The position numbers and the translations under genes are program-made. Source: Enoplolaimus lenunculus (lineage: Eukaryota). Taken from it: a stretch of DNA of 64,000 nucleotides. Below the pieces are notes generated by a model. That model was not told where the DNA came from, made no database searches, and saw only the letters and a program-made list of their open reading frames with translations. Below, piece after piece: positions 27,701 through 41,500 of this stretch. The number at the start of each line of letters is the position of its first letter. The first letter of the stretch is position 1. The stretch covers positions 248,001 through 312,000 of the forward strand of contig JASANG010003910.1 of assembly GCA_030248215.1 (NCBI GenBank). The letters are read 5' to 3'.

Positions 27701-29145
27701 CAACCGTTGGGGTGAAACCGACCGTTGGGGTGAAACCAACCGTTGGGGTGAAACCAACCGTTGGGGTGAAACCAACCGTTGGGTTGAAACCCCCCGGTGG
27801 GGGGAAACCAACCGTTGGGGGAAACCAACCGTTGGGGTAAACCAACCGTTGGGGTGAAACCAACCGTTGGGGTGAAACCAACCGTTGGGGTGAAACCAAC
27901 CGTTGGGGTGAAACCAACCGTTGGGGTGAAACCAACCGTTGGGGTGAAACCAACCGTTGGGGTGAAACCGACCGTTGGGGTGAAACCAACCGTTGGGGTG
28001 AAACCAACCGTTGGGGTGAAACCAACCGTTGGGGTGAAACCAACCGTTGGGGTGAAAACGATCGTTGGGGTGAAACAAACCGTTGGGGTGAAAACGATCG
28101 TTGGGGTGAAACCAATAGTTGGGGTGAAACCAATCGTTGGGGTGAAACTAACCGTTGGGGTGAAACCAACCGTTGGGGTGAAACCAACCGTTGGGGTGAA
28201 ACCAATAGTTGGGGTGAAACCAACCGTTGGGGTGAAACCAACCGTTGGGGTGAAACCAACCGTTGGGGTGAAACCAACCGTTGGGGTGAAACCAACCGTT
28301 GGGGTGAAACCAACCGTTGGGGTGAAACCAACCGTTGGGGTTAAACCAACCGTTGGGGTGAAACCAACCGTTGGGGTGAAACCAACCGTTGGGGTGAAAC
28401 CAACCGTTGGGGTGAAACCAAGCGTTGGGGTGAAACCGACCGTTGGGGTGAAACCGACCGTTGGGGTGAAACCAACCGTTGGGGTGAAACCAACCGTTGG
28501 GGTGAAACCAACCGTTGGGGTGAAACCAACCGTTGGGGTGAAACCAACCGTTGGGGTGAAACCAACCGTTGGGGTGAAACCAACCGTTGGGGTGAAACCA
28601 ACCGTTGGGGTGAAACCAACCATTGGGGTGAAACCAACCGTTGGGGTGAAACCAACCGTTGGGGTGAAACCAACCGTTGGGGTGAAACCAACCGTTGGGG
28701 TGAAACCAACCGTTGGGGTGAAACCAACCGTTGGGGTGAAACCAACCGTTGGGGTGAAACCAACCGTTGGGGTGAAACCAACCGTTGGGTGTGAAACAAA
28801 CCGTTGGGGTGAAACAAACCGATGGCGTAAAACCAACCGTTGGGGTGAAACAAACCGTTGGGGTGAAAACGATCGTTGGGGTGAAACAAACCGTTGGGGT
28901 GAAAACGATCGTTGCGGTGAAACAAACCGTTGGGGTGAAACCAATCCTTCGGGTGAAACAAATTGGTGGGGTGAAACTAACCGTTGGGGTGAAACCAACC
29001 GTTAGGGGAATCCAACCGTTGGGGTGAAACCAACCGTTGGGGTGAAACAAACCGATGGCGTGAAACCAACCGTTGGGGTGAAACTAACCGTTGGGGTGAA
29101 ACCCACCGTTGGGGTGAAACCAACCGTTGGGGTGAAACCAACCGT
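24751..29145. repeat. 18-bp tandem satellite (CCAACCGTTGGGGTGAAA)n, ~240 copies
   Basis: Directly visible tandem array; it produces the spurious VSPQRL / VGVKPT / WGETNR ORFs. Confidence 0.98.
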
Positions 29146-31001
29146 AAAGCCCTATAAAGAGTACCTATAAAGTTATAATCGTATAAAATTACTTAGCTAA
29201 CGGGTAAAAAGTGCTGAACCAAAATGGAAAATTTCGTGCACTTTCTGGTAGGAGTTTTTTGACCGTAACTACTGAAGGCCACGTTCGTTTGGCAAATCCT
29301 TTGGCACAGATATTCCCGACGGACCAGGATATCAGTGTACAAAATTTAAACGAAACAGGTCTGATGTTACCTGAGTACCAACATGCAAACTAAACTGAAA
29401 ATACGCACTTGAGAAGCGCGAACCATATATATGAACACTATCGTGTTCATATGATTCTGAAAACATTAGTTTGCTTCCTGCTGTTTTCAGTCGAAATCGC
29501 CCCAGAAAAACAACTGGTGATCCGTTCGTTTAGAATAAATTTAGTTGTCCCGTTTTTTCAACATATAGGCTCCAAAGCTGTTTCGGATGTCGACCCATGT
29601 AAAAGATCAGGGGCGGAATGTTTTTCTGAGGGACTGCAATAGAGGAATTTTAAGCTTGAGACTATTTTTTTGCTTGGCTTAAAGATTAAGCTTAAGCTTA
29701 CGAATATGCTCATTCTTACGCTTAGGTTTAGTAATAGGCTTAGGAATATGCGTATAATACTGTTTCGCTCCTGTTCTTTACATTGGCCCGGATGTCCAAG
29801 CAAAAATAATCGACGGGAAGCAACATAGTCGATCGCACTCCTGTTCCTCGTTATCCGGCCGGAACACGAGACGCAGCTAAGTATTAATATTGTTTGAGAG
29901 CAAGAATGCAGTTGGCGCAAAATATTTTCTTGCAACTGTTTTGACAAACCGAAATATATACGTGCGTTTTATTCATTGACTACGAGAATAGCAACACAAT
30001 GACGTTAACCGAAATATGAGTATCATTGGTTGTCTGTGAACATTTGACGCTTGTACTAACTTACAGGTTCGACAATGGGCACGTAAACGATAGCAGGAGC
30101 AAAAGCGCAGAAAACTATTATTAGTTTATTTTTACCTTTACTCACGCAAACGTCATGAGTCACATGTCGAGCAATGGATTTTTCTCTGATTAATTGGTTT
30201 CCGTGTGTACAAAACTGATTTTAATAGGCTAAGGCTTGAGCCTTTAGGCTTAGGAATGCGTCCATCTTTACGCTTTTATGCTTAGGTTTAGGCTTAGGCT
30301 TAGGCTTAGGCTTAGGAATATGGTTATACTACTGTTTAGGCCCTGTTCTATACATGGGCCACATACCTAGTTTCCCAAAATCCCAATTTCTTGGGTAATA
30401 TCCCAAATTTGAAAATTCCATTTACCCAAAATCGCAAACGAAAACGTAGCACCCAAAGTCGCAAGCTCTGGCCAAGTGTGCCGAAATCGCAATTGCCCGA
30501 AACTATACGACTATACGAAAGAGGGTACAAACGCAAGTGTGCCTCAGGCTCCGGCAAAAAATCGATCTCCGGCTCCGGCATCGACTCCGGTAGAATTTTT
30601 GTCGGAGGTTCCGGCAATTTTGGTAGTGAAATTTTGCAGTTGTACAAATTTTACCTGTTTGGCGCATTTAGTTTTAACGTTTGGCACCATTATGAGGAAA
30701 AAATTATCGAGATTTCGTAAAAATAAGCGTAAAGTCAAACGATTTAACAACACATTGCAGATATTTGCTAAAATTAACAAATTATATATCGTTTTAACTA
30801 CCTAATTTCATCTCACCTCCGGATTAGCCTCCGGTTCCGGCTCCGGTATGTTTCACCCTCGGTTGCACCCGTATACAAGGGCCTTAAAATTCAGCTGCCA
30901 ATGATATCGCGAACTGTGAAATGTCCATTTAGAGCAAAATAATGGTTGCAAACTTTTGTAGAAGCACAAAAATAGCACTTTGAGATTATCCCGTTTTCCA
31001 C

Positions 31002-31371
31002 CAGGGTACAACCAGAGGTATGCTTGCGGCTCCGGCACAAAATCAGCCTCCGGCTTCGGCTCTGGCTTCTGTAGAATTTTTGCCATAAATTCCGGCAATT
31101 TCTATAGTATAATTTTGTATTATTTTGCAAAATTCACCTGTTTAGCGTGTTTCGATTTAGTTTTGTCACATATTTCAAAAAAGAATTTCCGAAATTTCGC
31201 AAAAAACATTAGCGTAAAACCAAACAACTTAGCAACATATTGCAGATATTGGCTAAAATTAACAAATTAACCATCAATTTTACTGCCTAATTTCGCCTCG
31301 CCTCCGGCTCCGGCAAGTTTCGTTGACCTTCGGGTCCGACTCCGGTATTTTTCACGTCCGGTGGCACCCTA
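31002..31371. mobile_element. hAT-type MITE, same family as 23258-23599
   Basis: TSD TTTTCCAC on both sides; colinear with the 23258 copy. Another copy lies at ~30521-30871. Confidence 0.8.
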
Positions 31372-31864
31372 TTTTCCACAGTATTACTGCTACCTAGATT
31401 GGATGATGTATGACAAGAGTGTTCAACTGCGTACATTTTGCATACTGTACTGACCCGAGGGTCCCCATTTTGATTCCCAATCAGTATGACTCCGAACCCA
31501 TGGGCCCATGTAACTTTAAGGAGCGTAACAGTAGATTAAGCGTATTCCTAAGCCTATGCGTTGCAAAAATGTGTTCCTAAGCCTAAGCCTAAGCAAAAAA
31601 TATAATCCAGAATACTCTTTTATAGACCCACCAGAAACTTGGACGCCCCGTAAAGTTACATGGACTGGCCTATGTCTAGAACAGGTCCCTCCCAATTTTC
31701 CGGGTAGGATATCCCAATTTACCAAAATACCAATATCACGGGTAATACCCTAATTTTCCTTGTGAAATCTATATATCCTGGGAAAATCAGAATGGGCATT
31801 GGCTGAGGCTTAGGTTTAGCGTCCGGCTTAAACTTAAGCCTAAATGGGCTAAATTTTATGTGTA

Positions 31865-32298
31865 CTGTAGTGACCCGAATAGAGGGGGGGTAATAAGAGG
31901 GGGTCCCCATTTTGAGTCCCAATCAATAGGAGTCTGCATCCCGAATTAGAGTCCGTAAGCGGATAGAGTCCCTAAACCCTGATTTGAGTCCATAAATGTC
32001 AATTATCCCTAATTGTATCACATAAATGACTCCAGGACCAAATAAAGTCGAGTTCAAAACTTTAAAGCGTACTTAAGTTTTGAAAGTACATACATTCCTC
32101 AGTATAACCTTGCATTATTGATTAAGCTATTGACACAAGACAAAGAAACGATTCATTATCGGATAATTGCAGTACCGGATAAATATCAGTAATGAAGAGT
32201 GGCGGAGCGTGGGTTAAAAATAAATAACAGTCCGTAACCGAATAAGGGGGGTACTCTCTCGAGAGGCCATATCAATATCAGCCCCCCTTATTCGAGTT
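31865..32298. mobile_element. Second copy of the CTGTAGTGACCCGAATA TIR element (Tc1/mariner-type MITE, preceded by TA)
   Basis: Colinear similarity to 33563-34003; right end degraded and followed by a fragment of another MITE. Confidence 0.7.
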
Positions 32299-33388
32299 AA
32301 TGATGAGTCAAATTGAATCTCTTCGAAATAGGCTTTTCGGGACTACACTAACTGAGTCAAATTCGACTCAACCAGAGTCAAATTCGACTCACTGTTGTGC
32401 CCCCTCAAACCCCCACTAGGCAATTTACGTATTTATTGTATCGTTTTAAACATTGTTATTGTCTATGAAATACAGATTCAAACAGCTAAGCCAAAACGAT
32501 AATATCACAATGAGTGCGCTCCAACCAGGGGCGTTGACAGGATTTCGTAGCCGGAGGGCAGCCCAATTTATTTAGAAAGGCTCAATAGATCGTTTAAAAT
32601 ATATCCCTATTTTCACGTGCAGTGAGAGATACATGGCGAAAGTGCAATGTTCGATGTTGATGCCGAGGGACATATCTATGTCGTGTCAAGACGTACCAAT
32701 TGCTGATTTAAGCTGACATACATAAGTACTGGTTCATATTACTCATAAAGGCCTGTCTACTAAGCCTAAGCCTAAGCCTAAATCTTATATGATGTGGGAC
32801 AACTTTCATGATGTGGGCGGCAGGTTTTACCAGCGGAAGCCGTATTATAAGCTGAGTGTAAGACCTATTGCCAGTCACGTTCTTAAACAAGCTAACTACG
32901 GTACATATCTGCTGATTTGAAAATCTAAATACCTACAGCTAGACTACTTGAAGTGCAAAAATATGGTAGGTAAAGTTTCTAGCATCACGGTTAACTTGTT
33001 TTTAAAAGTTAAAGGCCTGTCACCACCTGATGATTAGACACTTATGTACATTTAAGACCGACGACAGATTAGATATCAGATTTCTCGAAATGTATTTCAA
33101 TCCTAAAAATGAATATTTTTTTGGTTTTACTATGAGCGGCTAATCTATAAAATAGCAACTTTCTTTTATTGTTGAAAAAAATGACGAAATCTTGTTAGTT
33201 GCACTTCCGTTCACTCTGTACGTTCAACTTTCGTGATTGCATTAACTTTACGCATCAGTACAATTGTGTTGTATCTGATGGACCAAGATCAAAGTAACCC
33301 GGGTGACTGGCGTATGCGAAATTTAAGGATTCTATACATTTGTATTCAGGACGTTCTGGTTCGTTTACTGAATTAGGTTAACATTTTC

Positions 33389-34042
33389 GGCCCATGTATA
33401 GAACAGGGCCGAATCGTTTTCCGGCGGGGCTGTAATAGAATCAGTTTAAGCTTTAGACTAACTTTTTTGCTTAGGCTTAGGCTTAGGCTTAGGCTTTAGG
33501 CTTACGAATAGGCTCTTAGGTTTAGGCTTAGGTTTAGGGTTAGACTTAGTAATATGCTTACACTGTAGTGACCCGAATAAGAGGGCGGGGGGTAATAAGA
33601 GGGGTCCTCATTTTGAGTCCCAATCAATAGGAGTCCGTATCCCTAATAAGAGTCCGTAAGCGGAGAGAGTCCCTAAACCCTAATTAGAGCTGATAAATGT
33701 TAATTATCCCTAATTGTAGCGCATTATGACTAGAGGACCAAATAAACTTCAGTTCGAAATTTTAAAGCTTACTTAAGTTTTGAAAGTAACATTCCAAAGT
33801 ATAAGCTTGCATTATCGCTCAAGCTTTTGTTGCAAGGCAAAAAGCGCTTAATTCGACGGATAGTTGCAATACCTTATATATCAGTAAAGAAGGGTGGCGG
33901 AGGGCTTTTTGAAAATAAATAACAGTCCGTAACCAAATAACAGGGGGTTCCCTCTGGAGACACCAAATAAATATCAGTCCCCCCTCTTATTCGGGTCACT
34001 ACAGTACTTACTACTGTTCCGACCCTGTTCTATACATAGATT
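33389..34042. mobile_element. TTAGGC-MITE interrupted by a nested TIR element (~33563-34003)
   Basis: Left TIR GGCCCATGTATAGAACAGGGCC, TTAGGC tract, then an insertion with TIR CTGTAGTGACCCGAATAAGAGGG; the host right end resumes after it. Confidence 0.75.
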
Positions 34043-34675
34043 GGCATTTCCGAACCCAAAAGCATTCATTACAGAGAGCAACAATATTGCATATCTGCTG
34101 TAACAGTTGTGTATGACGATATTTCGTCACTCTGATAACTCATCGAGCAACATCTTGCAGCCAGACATTACATTGATCCGACAATTTTTCACCCATCATA
34201 ATAGGCTTAGGCTTAAGATCAAGCTTCGGTTTGGGCATAGCTGTCAGACGACAACTTATCGGGCAACGAATTGTTTATACGGTGGTGTAGTTGGTTGCAC
34301 ACGGAAAATTTTGATTTGCTCACTGAACATGAAATGGCAAAACTGTGTCGATGGTTTTGTTTTTGAAGGCGGGTTTTTTTGAGAATGGACTGTTAAACGA
34401 ACCCAATTATATTTCAAACATTGAATTGTGTTATACGCCAACGTGTACAGTTTTACACAAATTAAAATGATCGGGTTTGTGAAACCCACGTGTTTATAGC
34501 GTAAAATTTAGCAAAATTTATATAAGTTTACGCGACGTGCCCATTTGCATGCACCACGGCTAAAGGCTTGTAACATCAAAATCAAACAAATGGGATAGCA
34601 GATCAATCTGGTGCAAGGTGAAATATACCGGAGCCGGATGTTGATTTTCAACTGGAGCCGGAAACAGACCTTTAA

Positions 34676-34890
34676 CCTCTTCTCACATTGAGTTGCCTAT
34701 AGGCAACTAAGCGCAGTGTATATACGTTAAATATTGTATATCGCACCGTGTTTAACAATTGCAACACGTAGCGTCAGGCTCCTATAGCTGAGTGGTGATG
34801 GTATACGCCTCCCACTCCAGTCACTGGAGTTCGAATCCTAGCATAAAAGTAGGTCTCAGGGGAAATAGAAAATATTCATGTCAGAAAGGG
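34676..34890 (+). mobile_element. TTAA-flanked (piggyBac-type) MITE containing a tRNA-like A/B box unit
   Basis: TTAA|CCTCTTCTCACAT...ATGTCAGAAAGGG|TTAA; internal TAGCTGAGTGG (34785) and GAGTTCGAATCC (34827). Confidence 0.7.
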
Positions 34891-37267
34891 TTAATGTACC
34901 CTGACGCAATGAGTTGTGTTTCACGTATGGAAACAGACAGTTAAGGTCACAGATGGAAGTGGGGAGGCTAGCGACACCTAACCGCGCCTCGTCCCACTGG
35001 GGTCTTTTTCTAGCCGCCCCATGTAGCGCTATGGACCACCACCCCATAAAAACTCTGCCCCAGCTGTTCGAAAATAGGAGTTAAATAAACAAAAAATTAA
35101 CAGAGATTTAATATCGATTTTTGTGTTAATTTCCAACGTTTTATACAATTAATATATTTTCTCGCGGCCTTTACTTAATCAGTACAAATTTAAATTGAAT
35201 TTTTAGCAAGCGGCTGGTCGAAACTAATTAATATGGCGGTTAAAATTTAAATATTCAGTCTACGAAAAACGTTTTCAGTTTCACTTTTCAGCTAAAAATT
35301 TCGAGACCGAAAGAATGTTGTGTTTCATTTTTGTCCCAATTCAGGTTTAAACAGTGCTGGACAGCAGGAAAAGAACGAAAAAATTTGTACGGGTTTTGTA
35401 CGTTTTTTCAAAGACGTAGAAAAACAGAAATCACTTTAACCAAAATACATACAAGCAAATAAATAACGTACGTAAAACAGCGACATAGCGTCTCCGAAAA
35501 CTGTATGAAATTGGTTGTTTCTATGCCAATATTCCGAAATGAGTTTTGGTTTAAAATGTCAGGAGGACCGCTGATTCACTAGATTCTGTACCGTTGTTTG
35601 ATTGAAAATGAAATATTTTCTGCTCCTTGTATATACTTCTTTGATCTGAAAATGATTACTGTACGTTATACCGTTTTGGAGACGGCCTGGCAGCCGCCCC
35701 TACTTTATTATTAGCAGTATATGTCTCAAGGTACTAATTTTACAACAGTTTGAATGAGGAAGGTTTCTAATTTAAGGCTATTTAGCAGTTATTTTTGTTT
35801 AAGTTAATTAATCTTTTTAAAATTTTGCCAGTAATTTTTCATAAAAAATACGATTTTTTAAAGGCACGGTGAAAAGTATTCCCCTAGAAAAATTTGCCTT
35901 GGTCCCCTCTGTTTTCACCAAGCCTATTTTAGAGACGGCCTAGAGGCCGCCTCTTTTAAAATGAAGAAATTTGTCCGGCATTGATTTTGCGTTCGTTTTT
36001 CTTCAATATCCGGTCATGTAAGCAATTTTGGCGCATGTATAGAACAGACCCAGTGTCTACTTATATTTTTGTGCGCTAAGCAGGGTGCAAAACGGAAATG
36101 GATTACATCGGAATTGGGATCGGAACAGCGAGTTTGCGTTGGATCGGAATTAATAATTTGCTATTAACAAATATAATATTCATTTAGGGTGTCTGTTGGC
36201 TTGACACAATTTCGAAAAACGTCGTATATATGAACAAATTGGCGATGATTTTTGGTCGCTTATAGGTTGTCTAGTTTATATATACATGAAGACATACGTG
36301 CCCCGTCTTCCTGGCCCTTTCAAGGGCTGCTTGTATATCTTTTAATGTATAGAAAAATTTCTTTAAAGGAATTTGCATATACACTATGTACTGAACAATA
36401 ACGATACTTATGCGCATCAATAATAAATCAGATACAAACGATATAACAAGTATATATAGTAGTGTATGGCCGAGTGGATAAAGCTTTGAACTTTCAAATT
36501 GGAGGCAGGATCAATTGAACTAAGTTTAAGCCCGTAGGCACCCCATCATGCAAGTATTTCAGGAGCACGAGAAGATTTCGTAAAAAATTGGCAAGGGTGG
36601 CTAAAACTTTTTACGGTTAAATTTCTTCTGAAAAGAACCTTTTGGTTTCTTCTGGCTTCTGGCCTTATTCAATTTGTATGCTTCAAAAAGTCGCACAAGC
36701 AGTTTATCTGACAGAATCAATTTGCTAAAGAAGCTGATATTAAATTGCAGGTGCCGCAAAAAACTAAATACTAAATTGCAGCGAAGATTTTAAAGACCAA
36801 ATTTTTAAAAATTCAATTTGACACTATGCTATAATACATACTTTTGGGAGCGACACAGCTACCTAAGCATATATATTCCTAAGTGTAAACCCAAGCTAAG
36901 AGATTAGACGCCCGAAAACTAAACATTTAAATCGAAAATATATATTTTACAATGTATTTGTTTGCATTTAGTTTGAAATTGGTTTCACCGTATCGTTTAC
37001 AAGATATACTCAACCATGAGTTGCTAGTAAAAGGCGTCAGATACACATCTGGCAGGAAAAAGTTGTTTCAGACATAGCACATTGAATTGTGTTATTGCTG
37101 TCTTTTCAGTCAGCTATAAAAAATTTTGTAGGTGGGCTGCTCCGCCCCCCTGCCCCCTTAGTTGCGACCCTGAACATTGATAAGCAAAAAAGGAAATCAG
37201 AGATGCTTTCTTTTTACAACTTGCCGAGTTCCGATTTGAAAAACCAGGCTGTGTATGTTTTAAAACC

Positions 37268-37270
<3 letters not shown>

Positions 37271-37349
<79 letters not shown>
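37271..37349. repeat. (AT)n microsatellite
   Basis: About 39 AT units. Confidence 0.95.
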
Positions 37350-37351
<2 letters not shown>

Positions 37352-38324
37352 TTTTGAAGCTCGAATATCAGAACAGCTATATAAATCCGGCTATGTCAGC
37401 CATTTTTGTGCTTTTAATTTTGTCCTTCAAAAAACCGCCGGACGGCCAGTTATCTCATATTTTCCCGTCAATAGCGCTGTCGAGCGACTATAGCATATCT
37501 GCTAATATACACACACGCAGAGCTTGAAATGCAATTTAGATTACATGACACGCGTTCACTGACGGATCCAAGGGCCTACTCAAGCCTACGCCGCGCAATC
37601 AAGATTATTATCCAAATTTTGTATTACGGTTTAACATTAAAATTGCGTTGTGCTCTCTCATGTGCTTCGTTGTCGGCTTTCCTCACGATCATAAATCACT
37701 TGGTCCCCGAGAAAACTTTCTGTATTCGTCACTAAATACTTTATATTTGCCGAAAAAATATAGTTCAACATTTTTACATTCGATAGTCGCCTTAGGGAAT
37801 TCTATACGGAAATGCAGATTTTTCTCTTGCAGACGTTTAAGCAACGCATGACACGCTGACAGCACGCGCAATGCGCTAAAATATTATAGGCAACTCTCAT
37901 ACGTTTAATAGACATCTCTAAATTTTAGACGTTGTATTCAAATTTTATCCGTTGAAATTTGGCAGTTTTGAGACATTATCAACTTTGCAATCAGACGTGA
38001 GAGAGACGTCCATTTTCAAATTGTGAACTCGCCAATATGTTAGTTACATATTGAACGTTTTGTATTAATTTTTGAATCCAAGTTGAATTTTGCCGATTTT
38101 ATTCGACTGGGTCTACATCACTGAAAGATGTCTACAAAATGATGGTATCATAACACGCATTATTTGACATTAAACGTTAGGCGTTAAAGATTTATTTCGA
38201 TAGATTAACGAAGATATATTGACTCGAAATTTGCGCACAGACAAAGAAAAACGGCAATTTCACCATAGTTTAACCCTCTATGAGTGAAAGGGTTATAGAT
38301 ACTAAGTAAGAATTTTTTCATTAA

Positions 38325-38563
38325 CCCTTTCTCACATGAATATTTTCAATTTCATATGAGATGTAATTTCAAGGTAAGATTCGATCCCCAGTCTCGTGGA
38401 TGGGAGGCATTTACGATGACGACTGAGCTATAGGACTCTCACGTCTTGTGGAGATTTTACACTGCGCATACACGTTATAAATGTTAAACACTGCTCACAG
38501 TGTGTGTATTGCTCGTACATTATTGTATTTAGTTGCTCATAGCATACTCTATGATTGAAAGAG
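38325..38563 (-). mobile_element. Second copy of the TTAA-flanked MITE with tRNA-like core
   Basis: TTAA at 38321-38324 and 38564-38567; reverse-complement similarity to 34676-34890. Confidence 0.65.
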
Positions 38564-41500
38564 TTAACATCGTGCGTTAATTCATAAAATACATGTAAAC
38601 ATGACTGAAATAAAAAATTTACCGATTAAACCCCTTTCATTCAGTTTATTTTTCATATTTCTCAGTTAGCTCGAGTCGCATATTCGTTAAACATAATCGA
38701 AATTGTATAGGTAATATTGAAGTTTACTCAACCAAGGTATTAACTGTGCACCAGTCCCGTAGCTGTAGGTTTTAGTTTATCAAGAGTAGATGACCGATCT
38801 ATGCCAGCAGTGTTCAACTGGGTACATTCTGTATTGGAAACATTACACTTGGCGATCGTTACGTTTTGGACCGATCACTTCCGTTCGTTACTGGGGCGTA
38901 CGATGCACCAATATGTTCAATTTTATCTTCATTTTAAATTCTTAAAGCCTTACTATGTGGCCAAGTGGTGTCTATCCCCTGTTAAAATGAGAGACAGGCA
39001 GTAACACAACGCGTGCTGGTATCTACATTGGGAATCATACTTAATCTAAGTAGTTTGACACTCTTGTTTATCATCCATTCACTTTTGGTTTTATGTTGGG
39101 CTTGTTACTGTATCCAGTCCAGTGTGAGTCAAATTGGACTCTCTTAGAAATAGGTTTTTGCGGAACTACCTACCACAAATTGAGTCAAAATTCGACTCCG
39201 CCAGGGTCACATTCGATTCACTGAGTCGCACGTTTGACTCTGGCGAAGTCCAATTTGACTTAGTTTGTGTAGTCCCACAGAGCCTATTTCGGAGAGAGTC
39301 AATTTCACTAACCATTTTTTCAATATATGAACTCAGAGAATTAATATTTTGAAGTGAAACATTCAAAAGTCTAAATCGAAATAATATATTATGGAATTTA
39401 TTTCATAACGCATTGCTTTTCTAGAAATTAACACACGTTTTACAATAATTGAACAAATTTTTAATTATTATTATTAACACAGAGCGAACAGTGGCGCCCC
39501 GTGACTCCCTCCCAGTCGGACGTATCTAGCTTCTAATTGAAACTTCATCCGTCAGTTCGGGGATCAAACTGATAAATATAATCAAATAGGCCCATGTTTA
39601 CTTTAAGGGGTGTCCAGGTTTCTGGTCGGTCTATAAAAGAGTAGGTTTAGATTCTAGATTACATTTTTTGCTTAGGCATAGGCTTAGGCTTAGGCTTAGG
39701 AATACGATTAATCTGCAGTTACGAAAGTATTATATTGGCCAACTAATATATAGTCATTTATTTTCATCTTGCTGCTTCAAACAGCATTTACAGCTTTTCA
39801 GTGTTACTAACAATGCGCTTTATCGCTGATATGCAGCATGGTTTTCAATAATTCACAACGTTTATACTAAAGTTTCATATCAAAGATAAAAGATGAACAT
39901 CATAACGTGAAACGGTCTGGTTTGATTTTTTTGAAATTATTTGTACAAAAACCAATTACACAAAGTATAGCCGAATAAATGTATCGCGTTGGTTCATCTG
40001 CGTGTATCGCATGTGACATTCAAGTGGAATTAATATTCAGTGTCATTGCCTGAATTAATAATTCCTAGCTTCTGCTTGATATTTATTGCAGTTGTTTGCA
40101 AATTATTCATATAAGTTCATGTCAAGATTCAGAAGGAATGTGTTATATACTGTATCTTTGCAAATACTTGCAGCTGCAAGTATTTAGTGCAAGTTGCACT
40201 AGCCAGTCCACGCTGCAAAAACTTGCACGTGTGAATAGTGCTTTACATTTTGTATACAATTAGTCTGATTTACTTTAAAAGATATACTGCTATTTATGGT
40301 CCACGGTGGCATTTTTCAGCAAACAGCAACGGAAACTTATTGGATAATTTAATTCGTTTATTTAAAAAAATCGTCTCTTGTTTCAATACAACAATTTTAA
40401 ATTCCAACTGGTGAGAAAACCAAAGCCACGAATAAATTCCAAAGGAACTCCAAATGAACTAAAATTAGGAAATTAAATAAATGCTGAGTTTCCAAATTTT
40501 CACAGCTTGATTTTCAGCAGGACTCGTAGGTGCACTTCTGTGACCGTAATCTCAAATGTGTGTAGCACCTATCACCAGTGTTGGTGATAGCTGTTGGAAC
40601 ATTCTAATCACTGAACGGGGAGCTTAGGAATTCATCACAATATTCAGGTTTGATTTACCCGATTTCCGTGCAAAATCTGACATTTGCAACCGCAACAGTT
40701 TGCCAGTTTGAAAACCTATTACCAACTAGTGATACGCGCTCCACACATTTGAAAATACGGTCCCTGGTTATATCCTGATTTCTCTTCTGTGTTTTGTTTT
40801 GTTCACACAATTTGTGCAATACTTGTTTGTAGGTTTATCACATGTGCGTTTCTATTTTGAACAACCACCCTCGCCAAATGTAAATAAGTACTATTTCGCG
40901 ATATAAAATTTTTAGTACATCTATTTACAGATAAAGATTATACTCACTATCTTGAAATACTTCAGGAAGCTCCTTATCCAAATCAACTTCGACAACTTCA
41001 TTGTTTGCCTTTTTTGCTTTATTGAGCAAAGCCTGTTGTGATTCGAGGATTTTGATTAGAATTTCCAAAAAGGGTTTATCAGGTGTGCGTTTATATTTTC
41101 AACAACCACCCTCGCCAAAGGTAAATAAGTACTATTTCGCAATATAAAACACGTAATTCTTGTCGAACATCTGTGTCGTTCGTTTAGTTGATATGCTTCT
41201 CGACCTGCATTTCTGTTAATGGATTTCAAAGATCTTGTCACATGTTGCTTCGCTTATAAAGAGAGCAGTGGAAGATTTAATATGAGTTCAAGAACAACTG
41301 ATGAAATATATATATATATATATGTATCAATACACGAAGCATGAGAGTGTTTGATCTCTTTTAGTTAAATATGTTGCAAGCTGATCCCAACCCGTAGCCA
41401 GACGGCGCTAATGGGACTACGTCCAAACAGACCCGTAGCCTGAGGACGCTGGTGGGACTCAATTCCCTGAGAAAAAGTTTGTGACCCCTAGAAATGTTTG

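Noticed and set aside
24674..29050. Long ORFs (up to 1425 aa) on both strands
   Set aside because: They are artefacts of an 18-bp unit that is stop-free in several frames; the frames shift wherever 17-bp units occur.
24751..29145. CRISPR array
   Set aside because: Repeats are contiguous with no unique spacers, there are no cas genes, and the context is eukaryotic.
30228..30320. True telomere or chromosome-fusion scar
   Set aside because: The TTAGGC tracts are short and embedded in a dispersed MITE family.
37089..37493. 134-aa ORF with an IY repeat
   Set aside because: It is created by the (AT)n microsatellite.
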